This document shows, piece by piece, positions 18,557-29,910 of a stretch of 64,000 nucleotides of DNA. A program made the translations under genes and the position numbers. Origin of the DNA: a virus (Duplodnaviria > Caudoviricetes). Location of the stretch: positions 96,001 to 160,000 of the IMG/VR virus record IMGVR_UViG_3300037067_012889; one strand, written 5' to 3'. The notes under the pieces are model-generated. The model was given only the letters and a program-made list of their open reading frames with translations, was not told where the DNA came from and did no database searches. Positions within the stretch are counted from its first letter, which is position 1. Each line of letters begins with the position of its first letter.

Positions 18557-19725
18557 GTCTGACAGGTAGTGTTGCAACAAGGCTTGCACCAAAGCTGTTA
18601 AAATCTCTATCAGAACATGGTAACGTCAAGGTCATAATGACCGAAGCGGCAACACATTTCTGTACTCACGACCAATTAAGCGCGGTTATCCCATCAATTG
18701 AAGTATATCGCGACGACCACGAATGGTCGATTTGGGAAGGCAGTATCCGATTCAGAGAATATTGCAAAGCAGTGAAGCTAGAATCGGATGTTCCCGATGA
18801 GTTGATTCCGCATATCGATTTGCGGCGATGGGCTAGTGTATTTGTCATTGCCCCACTATCGGCAAATACGTTGGCTAAAGCGGCAAATGGATTGTGCGAT
18901 AATTTGTTGACTTCGACCCTGCGTGCCTGGGATACGAATCGCCCAATCATTCTCGCACCCGCAATGAACACATTGATGTGGGAGCATGCCGCAACACAGC
19001 ATCATTTAAGCCAATTTAACGTCTGGTATCAAAATGCACATGTAGTAAACCCTATTGCAAAAAAGCTGGCATGTAATCAAATCGGCATTGGTGCAATGGC
19101 TATGGTCGATGATATTGTACAGGCAATGCTTGACTCTCTACAATGGCGATTCCCGTTAATGAATAGCTGTGTCCAGGATTGGTATGGGCGTCCTTCAACG
19201 CCGAACAACTGTCCCGGAATTCCAATCGATGACCATCCTGGTGCATTTGGTGTCAAACGCAATCATGATATACATAGTGGTATAGATCTTTATTGCAGCA
19301 AAGACAGCTATGTGACACCTGTAGAGTCTGGTACTGTTGTTTGTATTGAACCATTCACAGGACCAAGCGATGATACACCATGGTGGAATGATACATCTTG
19401 CATTATGGTTGAGGGAGCGTCGGGTGTAGTTAATTATGGCGAACTCTCGCCATCGTCGAACATCAAACTTGGTATGACAGTGCGAGTTGGTGATGTTATT
19501 GGTAAAATAATACCAGTTTTACCAGAAGAGAAATTAAGATCTGATATACCGGGACACAGCACATCGATGCTACATATTGAATTATATAAGCATGGCGTAT
19601 ATTCGCCATCAAAAATTTGGCCACACAATGAAAATCCGCCTTGTAGCTTAATCGACCCAACGCCATATCTATTAGGCAATATCGACGGTCCTTCGAACAC
19701 TTTAAGTGTGCTATCAACTACTTAA
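18529..19725 (+). CDS. coaC: Hal3/PPCDC-type phosphopantothenoylcysteine decarboxylase fused to a C-terminal M23-like peptidase domain
   Basis: ILLGLTGSVA, HIDLRRWA, APLSANTLAK...GLCDNLLT, PAMNTLMW, KKLAC...GAMA; then in frame WRFPL...HSGIDLY...LHIELY...IDPTPYL. Confidence 0.85.
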   Translation: MAPKYNILLGLTGSVATRLAPKLLKSLSEHGNVKVIMTEAATHFCTHDQLSAVIPSIEVYRDDHEWSIWEGSIRFREYCKAVKLESDVPDELIPHIDLRRWASVFVIAPLSANTLAKAANGLCDNLLTSTLRAWDTNRPIILAPAMNTLMWEHAATQHHLSQFNVWYQNAHVVNPIAKKLACNQIGIGAMAMVDDIVQAMLDSLQWRFPLMNSCVQDWYGRPSTPNNCPGIPIDDHPGAFGVKRNHDIHSGIDLYCSKDSYVTPVESGTVVCIEPFTGPSDDTPWWNDTSCIMVEGASGVVNYGELSPSSNIKLGMTVRVGDVIGKIIPVLPEEKLRSDIPGHSTSMLHIELYKHGVYSPSKIWPHNENPPCSLIDPTPYLLGNIDGPSNTLSVLSTT

Positions 19726-19752
19726 CCGCTATCTCTAATTACGGAGAATGCT

Positions 19753-20799
19753 ATGACTCTCACTACTAGTGAGTGGATTAATTTGTATCAATCTACGAGT
19801 AATTCAGATCGAATCAAGGCCGGTAAGGTCGTAGTTGGTATGTCGCCAGAACAGATCGCCGATATAAAAAAAGAACTTGAACATCGCAAAATCCCAATCA
19901 AAGGCAAGCTTGCTGCTATGATTAAGTTTCCAGAGCAAGCAAAGGCTACGAGCAACAACACATCGAAAGTCTTTTGGGGTGAAGACGAGTGGGATTTCTT
20001 AGTTTCAAAAGTTTCTGCTCTCGCTCTCAAAGAACCAACGACTGGTCTCGCTTGTTTAGCCGGTCGAATCATGGAGCAAATGCCTGTTCATCAAAGAAGA
20101 CCTACACACGCAGGTCTTGTATCTGATCTAAACAAGCGATTGATCGAATACAATCGAGAACATTGGCTCGAAGTAGAGCAAGAATTAAGAACAGCGAAGG
20201 ATGAACTTACACGACGAAAAGAAGCATTGTCGAGGGAAGAGGTGATCGCTTCTCTCACCGATGAAGAGATCGGGCAATTCACACAACGAATCATCGACAA
20301 TCTATCACCAGACGATCTGTGCTCTCAATTCTCAGAACAAACCGTTCTAGATTGTATATCTCAGGAAGCTGTCGTAGCACATGCGATTGCTAAATCTTTT
20401 GCCAGATTTGGAGAGCACACGAGAATACTTGAAGAAAATCTGACGATGCTTTCGCGTCTACTCTCAGAATTACCACAGGAGAAGATTCGGAGACAACTTC
20501 AAGAAAAGGCGGCTGCTCCTGCCAGATTACCGCAGGTAGCATTTGTCGGATTCAAAGCTGAACAAATCGCAATCGTGGCCGATTCGTTACGTGGGCGAAT
20601 TAGAATTGACGTGATCGACAAGAATCGCAGCAGATTCGACTCATCAGCAGAAATCATCATCATATGGACGAAATTTATATCTCACTCTTTTGAAGCGCAA
20701 GTAATCCAGAACATGAAGAAAGGTGCACGCCTAATTCGCTTCAGTGGCGGATTAGAAGCAGCATCTAGAGAAATCGATCGTGCCATTAGGATGGTATAA
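19753..20799 (+). CDS. Hypothetical protein with a C-terminal DUF2325-like domain
   Basis: VAFVG...[11 protein letters not shown]...GG, preceded by a coiled coil. Confidence 0.6.
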   Translation: MTLTTSEWINLYQSTSNSDRIKAGKVVVGMSPEQIADIKKELEHRKIPIKGKLAAMIKFPEQAKATSNNTSKVFWGEDEWDFLVSKVSALALKEPTTGLACLAGRIMEQMPVHQRRPTHAGLVSDLNKRLIEYNREHWLEVEQELRTAKDELTRRKEALSREEVIASLTDEEIGQFTQRIIDNLSPDDLCSQFSEQTVLDCISQEAVVAHAIAKSFARFGEHTRILEENLTMLSRLLSELPQEKIRRQLQEKAAAPARLPQVAFVGFKAEQIAIVADSLRGRIRIDVIDKNRSRFDSSAEIIIIWTKFISHSFEAQVIQNMKKGARLIRFSGGLEAASREIDRAIRMV

Positions 20800-23700
20800 C
20801 CCAACTCAGCACGCCACTGACTACTCTTAATACGTAGTCTCCATCCAATGTCGGTGCGGCTGGGTAACCTGAAATTCCAGATGCACCAGCAGCACCAGCT
20901 GGACCAGTTGCACCACCAATGCCAGCTGGACCAGTTGCACCAGGATCTCCGCCACCCGGTCCCGTTGCACCAGTAGGTCCAACCGGGCCTGATGCTCCAC
21001 CGGTATCTCCCTGAGGCCCAGTAGCACCAGAAGCACCAATGCCAGTCGCACCGGTCAAACCAGTCGCACCGGTCAAACCGGTTGCACCGATACCGGTCGC
21101 ACCTAGCGGACCAGTAGAGCCGGTTGCACCAGTAAAGCCAATAACACCAGTTGATCCCGCTATTCCAGTAGAACCAGTAGAACCCTTGGTGCCAGATGCA
21201 CCAGTAACAGACGTTCCACTAGCACCAGCAATACCCGTGGAACCAGTAGAACCAGCAATACCTGTAGAACCAGTAGCACCAGTAGGCCCAGCGGGGCCAG
21301 ATGCACCGCCCGTATCTCCTTGAGGCCCAGTAGCACCAGATGCTCCTACACCAGTAGCACCAGCAGTACCAGTAGCACCGGCAATACCAGTAGCACCGAC
21401 CCCCGTAGCACCTATAGGGCCTGTAGGGCCTGTAGAACCAGTGGCACCAGCACTACCAGAAAGCCCAGTTGCTCCTGTTGCACCAGCCGGACCAGAAGGA
21501 CCAGAAGCACCGCCAGTATCTCCCTGAGGACCTTGTGGTCCAGTGGATCCAGTAGCACCAGTAGGACCAGAAGCACCACCTGTTGGTCCTTGTGCTCCGG
21601 TTGCACCAGAAGCACCCAATCCTGTAGCACCAGTGGCACCTCCATATCCCGTTATTCCAGTAGCACCAGTAGGACCTGTGTATCCAGTAGCACCAGAAGG
21701 ACCGGAAGCACCACCAGTTGGACCTTGTGCTCCTGATGCCCCAACCACGCCAGTGGAACCAGTAGCACCAGCAACCCCGGCACCGGTAGCACCACCTAAA
21801 CCAGAAGCACCAGTAGGTCCAACAACACCGGTGGAACCGGTGGCACCAGCAACCCCGGCACCTGTAGCACCGGTTAAACCAGTAGCACCATCAACACCGA
21901 TTGTGCCAGATGCACCGATTGGACCTGTTGAACCTGTAGCACCTGTTAAGCCAGTAGCACCAGTGGCACCTGTTAAACCGGTAGCACCATCGACACCGAT
22001 TGTACCGGACGCACCGATTGGACCTGTCGAACCAAGACCAGTGGCACCAGTGGCACCAGTTAAACCGACAGAGCCTGTGGCACCAGATGCACCGTCAATA
22101 CCAGCACCGGCAGGTCCGGTTGCACCAGTTGCACCAAGGCCAGTAGCACCAACGAGACCACTTGCGCCTTGAATGCCAGTAGAACCAGTTGCACCACTAA
22201 TACCCGTAGCACCAGTAAGACCAGCACCAGAAGCACCCTGTACGCCCGTTGCACCTTGAACACCAGTAGATCCAGTTGCACCAGAAGGACCAGAAGAACC
22301 ACCAGTTGGTCCTTGTGCTCCGGTCGAACCAGAAGCACCTTGAACACCCATTGGACCGGTCGCACCGACAGGACCACCAAATGGGCCAGATGCACCGGTT
22401 AAACCGGTAGATCCAGGTGCACCGGAAGCACCAATGCCACTTGCACCTTGAACGCCAGTTGCACCGATACCAGTAGCACCGGATGCCCCAAGACCAGTCG
22501 CACCGGTCAAACCAGTTGCGCCACCAGTGCCAGTAGCACCATCAAGCCCAGTGGCACCTACAGTACCAATACCAGTCGCACCAGTGGCACCTATCGGACC
22601 ACCAGCAGGCCCGGTGGCTCCGTCGATACCGGGTGTTCCGGTTGCACCAATCACACTTAAACCAGGTACACCGCTTGCGCCAGTCGGACCAACTGCACCA
22701 GTAGAGCCAGTGGCACCAATTGGACCGCCAGAAGGCCCTGTGGCACCAGTATATCCAGTAGCACCAGAAGCACCAATCCCTGTAGCACCGGCTATTCCAA
22801 GACCAGTTGCACCAGTTGCACCACCTACTCCAAAGCCAGTGGCACCAGTTGCACCTGCCTGACCAGTGGCACCAACAGGACCACCAGAAGGCCCAGTTGA
22901 CCCTTCTTGTCCAGCAGGACCTGTAGCACCTGTCAGACCAATACCGCTCGCACCTTGTACGCCGGTCGCACCAGAAGAACCAGCAGGACCAGATGCACCA
23001 GTAGGACCACCAGCAGGGCCAGATGCGCCTGTTTCACCTGTTGCACCAGAAGCGCCGGCTATACCTGTTGCACCAGATGCACCAAGACCGGTGGCACCAG
23101 TAGCACCGATAGGACCGCCCGCAGGACCAGTAGCACCAATCTGGCCTATACCCGTTGCACCTGTTGCTCCGGTTGGACCGCCACTTGGACCGGTGGCACC
23201 AGCTATACCAGTCGATCCTGTTGCACCTGTGAGTCCAGTACCTGTTGCTCCTCTGGGACCAGAAACACCAGTAGAACCAGTAGCACCAGACTCTCCGGTT
23301 GCACCTGTAGGTCCTCCTAAAGGACCAGTAGCACCGGTCAAGCCCGTAGAGCCAGTTGCACCGGGACCAGTTGCACCAATTGGACCGATGGGGCCAACAG
23401 AACCTTGAGCACCAGTGGAACCAGTAGCACCTGTTGGGCCACCACCGGGACCAGTTGCACCAGCAGGACCGGCCGCACCCGATGCCCCCGTAATGCCACT
23501 TGAAGTCCACGACAAATGCTTCAATCCATCTGTGACTAGGACTTGGCCAACCGTGCCATCGACATTAGGGAATTGCAAATTGCTAATAATAACATGCTTA
23601 CCGCTGCCCCATGCAGAAACCTCCAAATCAGTCCCGGTAACTGAATGAACAACAGATGTCTGCAAGCCATCGGTGCTACTATATGATAAACCAGCATTAT

Positions 23701-26700
23701 CAACAAGACGACCGTTCGTACCAGCAAATGGAATTCTGTTTGGTGTCAGCGCAACACCATCGTTCAAGACAAAACCTTTCCTGGCGTTATCTGTAGTGAT
23801 GGTGAAATAAATATCGTCGGTTGTAAATTCAAAAGCACCGGCTTCCGGAATAGCAAGAACAACACCACTAGCGAATTTTAGTAACGCCGTTCCTGGTGCT
23901 GCACTACCAGCCTTTATATGTAGTCTTGCTGTTGGATTATAGAGGCCGATACCAATAGCTTCGCCATTTATAGTGACATTTTCACTATTTCTATCACGTT
24001 CAATTAGATTATAAAAATTAGTTAAACGTTCTGCATCGTATGCAGGAACACCAGCGCTTTCAGTAAGAGTAACAGTGCCGAGCCATCTATATCCCTTATT
24101 ACTACCGGTAGTGGCGTAGACCGGAATACCGTCTAACGTAGCTAGGCCATCAGAATCGACTTGCGACCAATAACCAGCAGCCAAATCATCGGCAAACACA
24201 CCAGCTATGTGATCTACTATACATGCATAAACGTTAACGTTCGAAACACGGGTACCAACACCATACGATGTCCCAGTAACCCATTCTTCTATGCGACTTG
24301 TCGATTCTGGTGAATACTCTACAAACTTAATTTCACCGATCATGCAATACCAGAAAATCGTGCTATACCACAAAGCCTGATATGGCATCGTGCATGCCGT
24401 GGCATCTATTCTATAATAACGATATGCTACAGTGTTGTTAAATGTGAAATAACTCGACCAAATCCCAACACCGGCTGGTGGATCTATACCTACTTTCGTA
24501 TCGAGAACCGACCAGTTCACATTATCATTTGATCCAGATAATGTGAAATCTCGCGGTAGCGAAGGATAATACATCTTCGCTTTAAACGCATATTTATTTA
24601 TAACCTTCTCATTGTGCTCACCGAAATCGTATGTAATCCATACGGGAGATTCAAAGGGATCTCCTGGGGTATAGGTATTGCCACCGATTCGTACGCCCCA
24701 CCCAGGATTGCTTGGCGTGAGGTCTTGGTTAAATGCATACCAACCATACAAATAGATATCAAGTGTTTCCCCATATATAACACCGGTATCGCTGGTAATG
24801 ACGACATTCGGAATAGGTGTCGTGAACGACGTCATTGCGGTAGTACATGTGGTAGTTCCAGGGTTGTACTTACCATCTGATGGTATAAACTTCCAAGGTG
24901 CAAATTCTATATCAAAAGATGTCGGTGTACTGTAAGATGCAAATACGTCGTAAGTTCGGTATGAAATGAGCGGAGCCGCGTCCATGTCGTTGACAATATT
25001 CGACACCGATGGTGCCACGGCCGTATTAACGATATCCCATGTAGATGTGGAATTGTTATAAAGCCGAATCTGGTTAGACTCGACAAAATTCCACACTAGA
25101 TTAGTAGCACTAATGACCTTTAAGTTACCATCGACAACGTCCGTTGGTGCCACACCCGCACCGTTATTTGCCCAAGATAAAGTACCAGTTCCATCTGTGG
25201 CGAGTACCTGCCCAGATAAACCATTTGTTCTTGGAAAATCAAGAGAACCAAGGAAAATATTGCCAATGCTACCAGTATCGATTACGACATCGCCAGTATC
25301 TTTCTTTTTCTCGACAGTGTTGTAGAAATTACCAATCAAGGCGTTACTAAAATTAGCAACGCCGTTAACTGAGTATAACGAGACTGTACCAAGCCATCTA
25401 TAGCCCTTGTAGAGGCCAGAGTTAGCATAAATCGGAACACCATCGAAAATACCCAGTCCATCTGGATCTGATAATATCCACCTACCACTAGCCAAATCAA
25501 CATCAAAATCGTTTGATGTATGAGCAGAAATACATGCATATTTGCTGCTCTCGTGCAATACCCGATCGCCGATTTTGTAGCCAGTTGCTGTAATCCAATA
25601 TCCAGCTCTTGTGTTGGCCGACACTCCACGAACTAACTTTACAGCCCCAAGCTCTACATAGTATTGTGCTGTGCCTGCATCAGCTGGACAGTTAGTTACT
25701 AATCTATAATAACGATAAGCTGTCCCATTGCTAAATGTGTAATATGCGCTCCATGTCTGATCACCAGGGCCTGTTATACCCGTTCTAGTATCAAGCAGTA
25801 TAAAAGTCGTTCCATTATGCGATCCATATAAACTGAACGCTGTTGGAAACGCAATATTGCTGTATGCTTGCAAAGCATACTTATTTATAATCGTTGGTAC
25901 ATTAAAATCGTATTCTATCCATGCAGATGTGGCCAGAGGTGTTGGGACCGACGACCAATATTTAGTGATATCACCACTAAATGCATTCCATGCACCGTAC
26001 AATTCACTGCTCGCACTTGCAACTTGCGGTGCTGGTATGCTGTTCGCAGTCATTGTAGTTGTGCATGTAGTAGTACCAGGATTAGCACTACCATTAATCG
26101 ACGCAACAACCCAAGGCGCAAACGTGAGATCGAATGACGTAAGTGAATCATATGTAGCGAAAACGTCATATACTAGATCATATGTTAAAGCATCACCACC
26201 CATATCGGTGGCTGTATTCGACGCTGTTGGTTCTGTCGCAACATCGACTATAGCCCATGCTACAGAGGTTGCATTATATAGTCGTATATGGTTTGATGAA
26301 TAAAAGCTCCAAACCAATGTGCTTCCAGCACTCGATCGCAATCGGCCACCAAGAGTATCGCTACTTTCTACTCCTGGCGTTATGACACTATTGACGTATT
26401 GGATTGTCGCAACGTCATATGGCAATGCTGGTGCAGTAGCGTGATTGTTTATGAATTGATTACCAGTACCAAGATCAGTAGCTGGTATCCTGAAAGTATT
26501 ATGGTTGATCGTATTGTCTGTAGAGGTGGCGTCTAAAGAAAACGATGAGCCAACCAGACGTTCAACAAGTGTATTGTTCTCTATGGTATTAGAATCGGAA
26601 TCAACGAGCTTAACAGAGTCTAGATTGTCGATAATCCTATTATTGTAAATCGAATTGGTATCGGAGTTTTGGACATAAAATCCAGTATTGTTGGATTGGG

Positions 26701-27343
26701 ACAAACTCTCGGTAACAGTGCATTTTGTAGCATATACCAGAGAGTATCCAGTACTCACATTCAATGAGCTATTATTCTCTTCACAATTATTTCCTGTAGA
26801 ATTAAATATCCCGAGACCATCTGCATTATTTGTAGTAACATTATCATGTAAAATGTTATTATCAGATGAATCTCGTAACAAAATACCAAATTCAGTATTG
26901 TTATCAGCGGTATTGTTGACTACGATATTATTACTACTGGCTGCAAGCTCAATGCCATTCTTGTTACCAGTACAAACACATAAATCGATTTTATAGGTAT
27001 CAACACTACCCGAATTATCAAGTAAGATACCTGATTGATTAGGGGCCGTCGCTGTTACTTTGAATCTGCTAAAAGATCCAGCAGCAGCCGTTATATGGAC
27101 AGCTGGTGTCACACCATTACCAGTCAATGTCGTTGTGTCGCTGTCATCAGTATAGATATCGAGAACTTTATTAATTACTAGGTTCTCAGTATAGGCACCT
27201 GGCCTTACATAGATCACATCTTTTTCAGCTGATGCATCAATAGCGGCTTGGATTGTTGTATATTCTGAATCAACAGCACCAACGGTTGTGGTATAATCCG
27301 CTGCAGCTTTTGTGACTATCCTATCAGTATTTGTTAACATCAT
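20786..27343 (-). CDS. Giant virion fibre/adhesin (~2185 aa): right-handed beta-helix, 2x discoidin(F5/8C) plus CBM-like modules, ~880-aa collagen-like stalk
   Basis: [21 protein letters not shown]-like start and GI.L..S.NN.I..N repeats; WI.YDF...INKY...P..F.L.GS.D...W..LD...AYRYYR twice; Gly-X-Y (mostly GAT); ATG 27343 overlaps the upstream TGA. Confidence 0.85.
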   Translation of the reverse strand: MMLTNTDRIVTKAAADYTTTVGAVDSEYTTIQAAIDASAEKDVIYVRPGAYTENLVINKVLDIYTDDSDTTTLTGNGVTPAVHITAAAGSFSRFKVTATAPNQSGILLDNSGSVDTYKIDLCVCTGNKNGIELAASSNNIVVNNTADNNTEFGILLRDSSDNNILHDNVTTNNADGLGIFNSTGNNCEENNSSLNVSTGYSLVYATKCTVTESLSQSNNTGFYVQNSDTNSIYNNRIIDNLDSVKLVDSDSNTIENNTLVERLVGSSFSLDATSTDNTINHNTFRIPATDLGTGNQFINNHATAPALPYDVATIQYVNSVITPGVESSDTLGGRLRSSAGSTLVWSFYSSNHIRLYNATSVAWAIVDVATEPTASNTATDMGGDALTYDLVYDVFATYDSLTSFDLTFAPWVVASINGSANPGTTTCTTTMTANSIPAPQVASASSELYGAWNAFSGDITKYWSSVPTPLATSAWIEYDFNVPTIINKYALQAYSNIAFPTAFSLYGSHNGTTFILLDTRTGITGPGDQTWSAYYTFSNGTAYRYYRLVTNCPADAGTAQYYVELGAVKLVRGVSANTRAGYWITATGYKIGDRVLHESSKYACISAHTSNDFDVDLASGRWILSDPDGLGIFDGVPIYANSGLYKGYRWLGTVSLYSVNGVANFSNALIGNFYNTVEKKKDTGDVVIDTGSIGNIFLGSLDFPRTNGLSGQVLATDGTGTLSWANNGAGVAPTDVVDGNLKVISATNLVWNFVESNQIRLYNNSTSTWDIVNTAVAPSVSNIVNDMDAAPLISYRTYDVFASYSTPTSFDIEFAPWKFIPSDGKYNPGTTTCTTAMTSFTTPIPNVVITSDTGVIYGETLDIYLYGWYAFNQDLTPSNPGWGVRIGGNTYTPGDPFESPVWITYDFGEHNEKVINKYAFKAKMYYPSLPRDFTLSGSNDNVNWSVLDTKVGIDPPAGVGIWSSYFTFNNTVAYRYYRIDATACTMPYQALWYSTIFWYCMIGEIKFVEYSPESTSRIEEWVTGTSYGVGTRVSNVNVYACIVDHIAGVFADDLAAGYWSQVDSDGLATLDGIPVYATTGSNKGYRWLGTVTLTESAGVPAYDAERLTNFYNLIERDRNSENVTINGEAIGIGLYNPTARLHIKAGSAAPGTALLKFASGVVLAIPEAGAFEFTTDDIYFTITTDNARKGFVLNDGVALTPNRIPFAGTNGRLVDNAGLSYSSTDGLQTSVVHSVTGTDLEVSAWGSGKHVIISNLQFPNVDGTVGQVLVTDGLKHLSWTSSGITGASGAAGPAGATGPGGGPTGATGSTGAQGSVGPIGPIGATGPGATGSTGLTGATGPLGGPTGATGESGATGSTGVSGPRGATGTGLTGATGSTGIAGATGPSGGPTGATGATGIGQIGATGPAGGPIGATGATGLGASGATGIAGASGATGETGASGPAGGPTGASGPAGSSGATGVQGASGIGLTGATGPAGQEGSTGPSGGPVGATGQAGATGATGFGVGGATGATGLGIAGATGIGASGATGYTGATGPSGGPIGATGSTGAVGPTGASGVPGLSVIGATGTPGIDGATGPAGGPIGATGATGIGTVGATGLDGATGTGGATGLTGATGLGASGATGIGATGVQGASGIGASGAPGSTGLTGASGPFGGPVGATGPMGVQGASGSTGAQGPTGGSSGPSGATGSTGVQGATGVQGASGAGLTGATGISGATGSTGIQGASGLVGATGLGATGATGPAGAGIDGASGATGSVGLTGATGATGLGSTGPIGASGTIGVDGATGLTGATGATGLTGATGSTGPIGASGTIGVDGATGLTGATGAGVAGATGSTGVVGPTGASGLGGATGAGVAGATGSTGVVGASGAQGPTGGASGPSGATGYTGPTGATGITGYGGATGATGLGASGATGAQGPTGGASGPTGATGSTGPQGPQGDTGGASGPSGPAGATGATGLSGSAGATGSTGPTGPIGATGVGATGIAGATGTAGATGVGASGATGPQGDTGGASGPAGPTGATGSTGIAGSTGSTGIAGASGTSVTGASGTKGSTGSTGIAGSTGVIGFTGATGSTGPLGATGIGATGLTGATGLTGATGIGASGATGPQGDTGGASGPVGPTGATGPGGGDPGATGPAGIGGATGPAGAAGASGISGYPAAPTLDGDYVLRVVSGVLSWVIPS
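20867..23497 (-). repeat. Collagen-like Gly-X-Y repeat (GAT/GAS/GPT/GST) with periodic interruptions
   Basis: Direct translation; internal duplications such as [26 protein letters not shown] twice. Confidence 0.95.
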
Positions 27344-27624
27344 TCTCCCTCTGCCGTTATATGAACGACAACGTCGTTGGCTGCACACTCACTGAAAAGA
27401 AGATCGCTAAGATTTGCCAGTGTTACTTTATAAACTTTAATAACGACCGACGTAGAAGTCAGACTAATGATTTTGTGAGACAATGGATAAATACTATCTG
27501 CTAGACCACCGTCCTTTAGCTGAATTCCTACACATACTACAGGCGGTTGGCTGAACGGAACATCGAAGTTCCAGACAGCACCACCAACAGCATAATTTAT
27601 CCTGGCGTCAAGTATTGTATTCAT
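27340..27624 (-). CDS. Small beta-sandwich (H-lectin-like) virion protein, homologous to an internal domain of 36614..40891
   Basis: F..PP.V.VGI.LK.G..D.IY.LS.KII..T....VIKVYK......FSECA..DV.VH. Confidence 0.75.
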   Translation of the reverse strand: MNTILDARINYAVGGAVWNFDVPFSQPPVVCVGIQLKDGGLADSIYPLSHKIISLTSTSVVIKVYKVTLANLSDLLFSECAANDVVVHITAEGE

Positions 27625-27725
27625 ATATTCTTTCCATTATTTTTGCGGAATCGACAAAAGCCAAGACAAATTAAAACCACCACTTAATTTTGATGGTTTC
27701 ATTTGTAGATACCAAGGAGAACATC

Positions 27726-28025
27726 ATGGAACACGGACCCAATGTTCGTGAATTGATTTGTAGGCGGATGACGGCACTAATGGTGTCGAACAATGAGCCG
27801 GGTAATTCGCGAGATAGCCTGCTATCTCGTGTCGAGCAACTTTCGTCGATCGCAAAGAGTGCAACTAACTGGGTAGAATATGCATTGCAACTGATAAAGA
27901 CCGCCAAAGATAATCCATATCTAGACGATGATGAGAAAATAGCAGAAGCGATTTTGCATGCAATAGATGAGAGTAAAAAATCAAAATTAGAATTAGAATA
28001 TCCTAATCATTGGAAGAGAACATAA
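27726..28025 (+). CDS. Hypothetical protein (likely start MEHGPNV)
   Basis: AAGGAG RBS. Confidence 0.6.
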   Translation: MEHGPNVRELICRRMTALMVSNNEPGNSRDSLLSRVEQLSSIAKSATNWVEYALQLIKTAKDNPYLDDDEKIAEAILHAIDESKKSKLELEYPNHWKRT

Positions 28026-28279
28026 TGGCGACACCAATCCATGTAGCACGTATCGCACTAATGTCGGTCAATGACCTTGGCGCAGTAGTGAATAAGAATA
28101 CTGCAACAATAGGTCAGATGATGCATACATCATCTGAGGAGCGGGTTATAGCAGACCCGACGCTACCTCATACGGCTTCAAATCCGACACCAAAAGCATA
28201 TTTGGAATTGGAAGCGGCAGATGACTTCCTTTTATACCATATCGATCAGACTTACATCATAACATATCTGTTGCTGTAA
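28025..28279 (+). CDS. Small putative virion protein (likely start MATPIHV)
   Basis: CAAAATTA motif at 27982; composition. Confidence 0.55.
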   Translation: MATPIHVARIALMSVNDLGAVVNKNTATIGQMMHTSSEERVIADPTLPHTASNPTPKAYLELEAADDFLLYHIDQTYIITYLLL

Positions 28280-28480
28280 TTAGATAGTCTTGATACGGCT
28301 ATCATCTAGTGGAGCTATTAGCGACAGATAAACTGTGAATTCTTCACTAATTAATGCGTCATAATCAACAGCACACCCTATATCATCGCCAAAATCGCAT
28401 ACGACAAGGATGACATTTGTCATGCTCACCGCTTTTTCGATTATTACACGCTCATCACCGGTTAGTTGATAAATTTTCAT
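28280..28480 (-). CDS. Hypothetical protein
   Basis: AGGAGA RBS. Confidence 0.6.
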   Translation of the reverse strand: MKIYQLTGDERVIIEKAVSMTNVILVVCDFGDDIGCAVDYDALISEEFTVYLSLIAPLDDSRIKTI

Positions 28481-28505
28481 ATCGTTCTCCTAGTCTATAT
28501 ACGAC

Positions 28506-28536
28506 AGTGGCGTACGAAGTAGTTTCGTACGCCACT
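28506..28536. other. Perfect 13-bp inverted repeat (AGTGGCGTACGAA-GTAGT-TTCGTACGCCACT)
   Basis: Read directly; no U-tract on either strand. Confidence 0.8.
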
Positions 28537-28567
28537 TACTAGGTGACTTCGAGATAAGATTCCCGAA

Positions 28568-29164
28568 TTATCTGCGTCTATTTTTCTGCTTCGCCTGATC
28601 CGGTTTGGCTTGGTCTGGCTTCGCCTGATCCGGTTTGGCTTGGTCTGGCTTCACCTGATCCGGTTTGGCTTGGTCTGGCTTCACCTGATCCGGTTTGGCT
28701 TGGTCTGGCTTCGCTTGGTCTGGCTTCGCTTGGTCTGGCTTCGCTTGGTCCGGTTTGGCCTGATCCGGTTTGGCCTGATCCGGTTTGGCCTGATCCGGTT
28801 TGGCCTGATCCGGCTTCGCTTGGTCTGGCTTCGCTTGGTCTGGCTTCGCTCGCCGAATACCAACAACATTAACATCGGTGCTTTGCCAAATTGACGCTTG
28901 AGCTTTTCCGGCTGGAGCACAGGCGGCTGGCATAGTTGACTTCGGAGAGCATGACCTTGCAGTCTGGCGTGCAGAACGTCGAGACTCGCGAGATTTCGCG
29001 ATAGCTGACGCAAGACCGCGAACGGGTCGGCATGCGACCAATTTTCGAACCGGCTTGCGAGTATGTGCGGCGGCAGTTTTGGTTGCAGGTGCAGCCGCTG
29101 CACATGTAGATGGCATACAAGGACCACCACACAACATCACAGACAACAAAATAGAACTCATCAT
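28568..29164 (-). CDS. Putative exported basic protein with 17 (A/V)KPDQ repeats
   Basis: Hydrophobic N-terminus, RKPVR/RPVR motifs, GGAGGA RBS. Confidence 0.75.
   Translation of the reverse strand: MMSSILLSVMLCGGPCMPSTCAAAAPATKTAAAHTRKPVRKLVACRPVRGLASAIAKSRESRRSARQTARSCSPKSTMPAACAPAGKAQASIWQSTDVNVVGIRRAKPDQAKPDQAKPDQAKPDQAKPDQAKPDQAKPDQAKPDQAKPDQAKPDQAKPDQVKPDQAKPDQVKPDQAKPDQAKPDQAKPDQAKQKNRRR
28595..28849 (-). repeat. 17 x 15-bp tandem repeat (AKPDQ)
   Basis: Main units GCGAAGCCAGACCAA and GCCAAACCGGATCAG. Confidence 0.95.
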
Positions 29165-29243
29165 GACAAGATTCCTCCAAGGTTATTGCAATATTGGGCC
29201 ACTTAGACCAATAAAATTAAAATACACAGACATCCACTGTGCA

Positions 29244-29252
29244 ATTATACCA
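29244..29252 (-). promoter_or_regulatory. Extended -10 (TGGTATAAT), divergent from a TGGTATTAT at ~29294 on the plus strand
   Basis: Lies in the divergent intergenic gap. Confidence 0.5.
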
Positions 29253-29310
29253 TAGTTTTGTTTAAAACCGCAGCGCGTCTAGAAATCTCCTTCTGGTATT
29301 ATAAATCCTT

Positions 29311-29787
29311 ATGGATATAATCACCTCCGATACTTTTGGTAACCCTGTAAAATTAATCCCGCAGAAAATTCACAGCGTTTTACATCAACCATGTGAGGGG
29401 TCTGCACATGTTTATGCACATTACCCTAAGATGGTTGTTATTAGTCGTCTGAAAGAGAAGAATATTTGGTCTATAATAGTTGAAGAATTGTGGGATGATA
29501 ACCCAGATAAGATGAAACTTACATCGGTTTACTGCGTTCATTTCAAAGACGAAGAAATAGATGCCGCGATAGAATTGTTCTTGTCCCTGATAAAATCGCC
29601 GCGTAAGGATTTTGTACAGTACATGCACAAGAAACTAGGAAGATGGATAATAATCCCTAGGCTCGAAATCACAAATATATCAGATGTGCAAAGTTATTTG
29701 TATGAGAAACTTCGAGAAGACATTAGGAATAATTCTGGCAGAAGACGACTTCGATCTACTACCAGAAAAGCAAAAGCGTGCGGTTAA
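29311..29787 (+). CDS. Hypothetical protein
   Basis: 158-aa ORF. Confidence 0.55.
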   Translation: MDIITSDTFGNPVKLIPQKIHSVLHQPCEGSAHVYAHYPKMVVISRLKEKNIWSIIVEELWDDNPDKMKLTSVYCVHFKDEEIDAAIELFLSLIKSPRKDFVQYMHKKLGRWIIIPRLEITNISDVQSYLYEKLREDIRNNSGRRRLRSTTRKAKACG

Positions 29788-29875
29788 AACGGCCAAAAAA
29801 CTTGGCACAGATAAGCTGGATGATAGAGAGCAGGATGAAATAGAACACGAATATTATGCTGGCGATTCTGACTAA
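29702..29875 (+). CDS. Small charged protein (MRNFEKTLGIILAEDD...), possible head/internal protein
   Basis: CAAATATA motif at 29672 upstream. Confidence 0.5.
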   Translation: MRNFEKTLGIILAEDDFDLLPEKQKRAVKTAKKLGTDKLDDREQDEIEHEYYAGDSD

Positions 29876-29910
29876 TCTCCTATCAAAGCTACTATAACAG
29901 GAGATCCAAT

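Noticed and set aside
21039-23648. Plus-strand Pro/Val/Ala-rich and Thr/Ser/Arg-rich ORFs
   Set aside because: These are antisense shadows of the collagen repeat, with no RBS or independent features.
28595-28849. Short tandem repeats as a possible CRISPR array
   Set aside because: The units abut with no spacers, stay in frame and encode AKPDQ.
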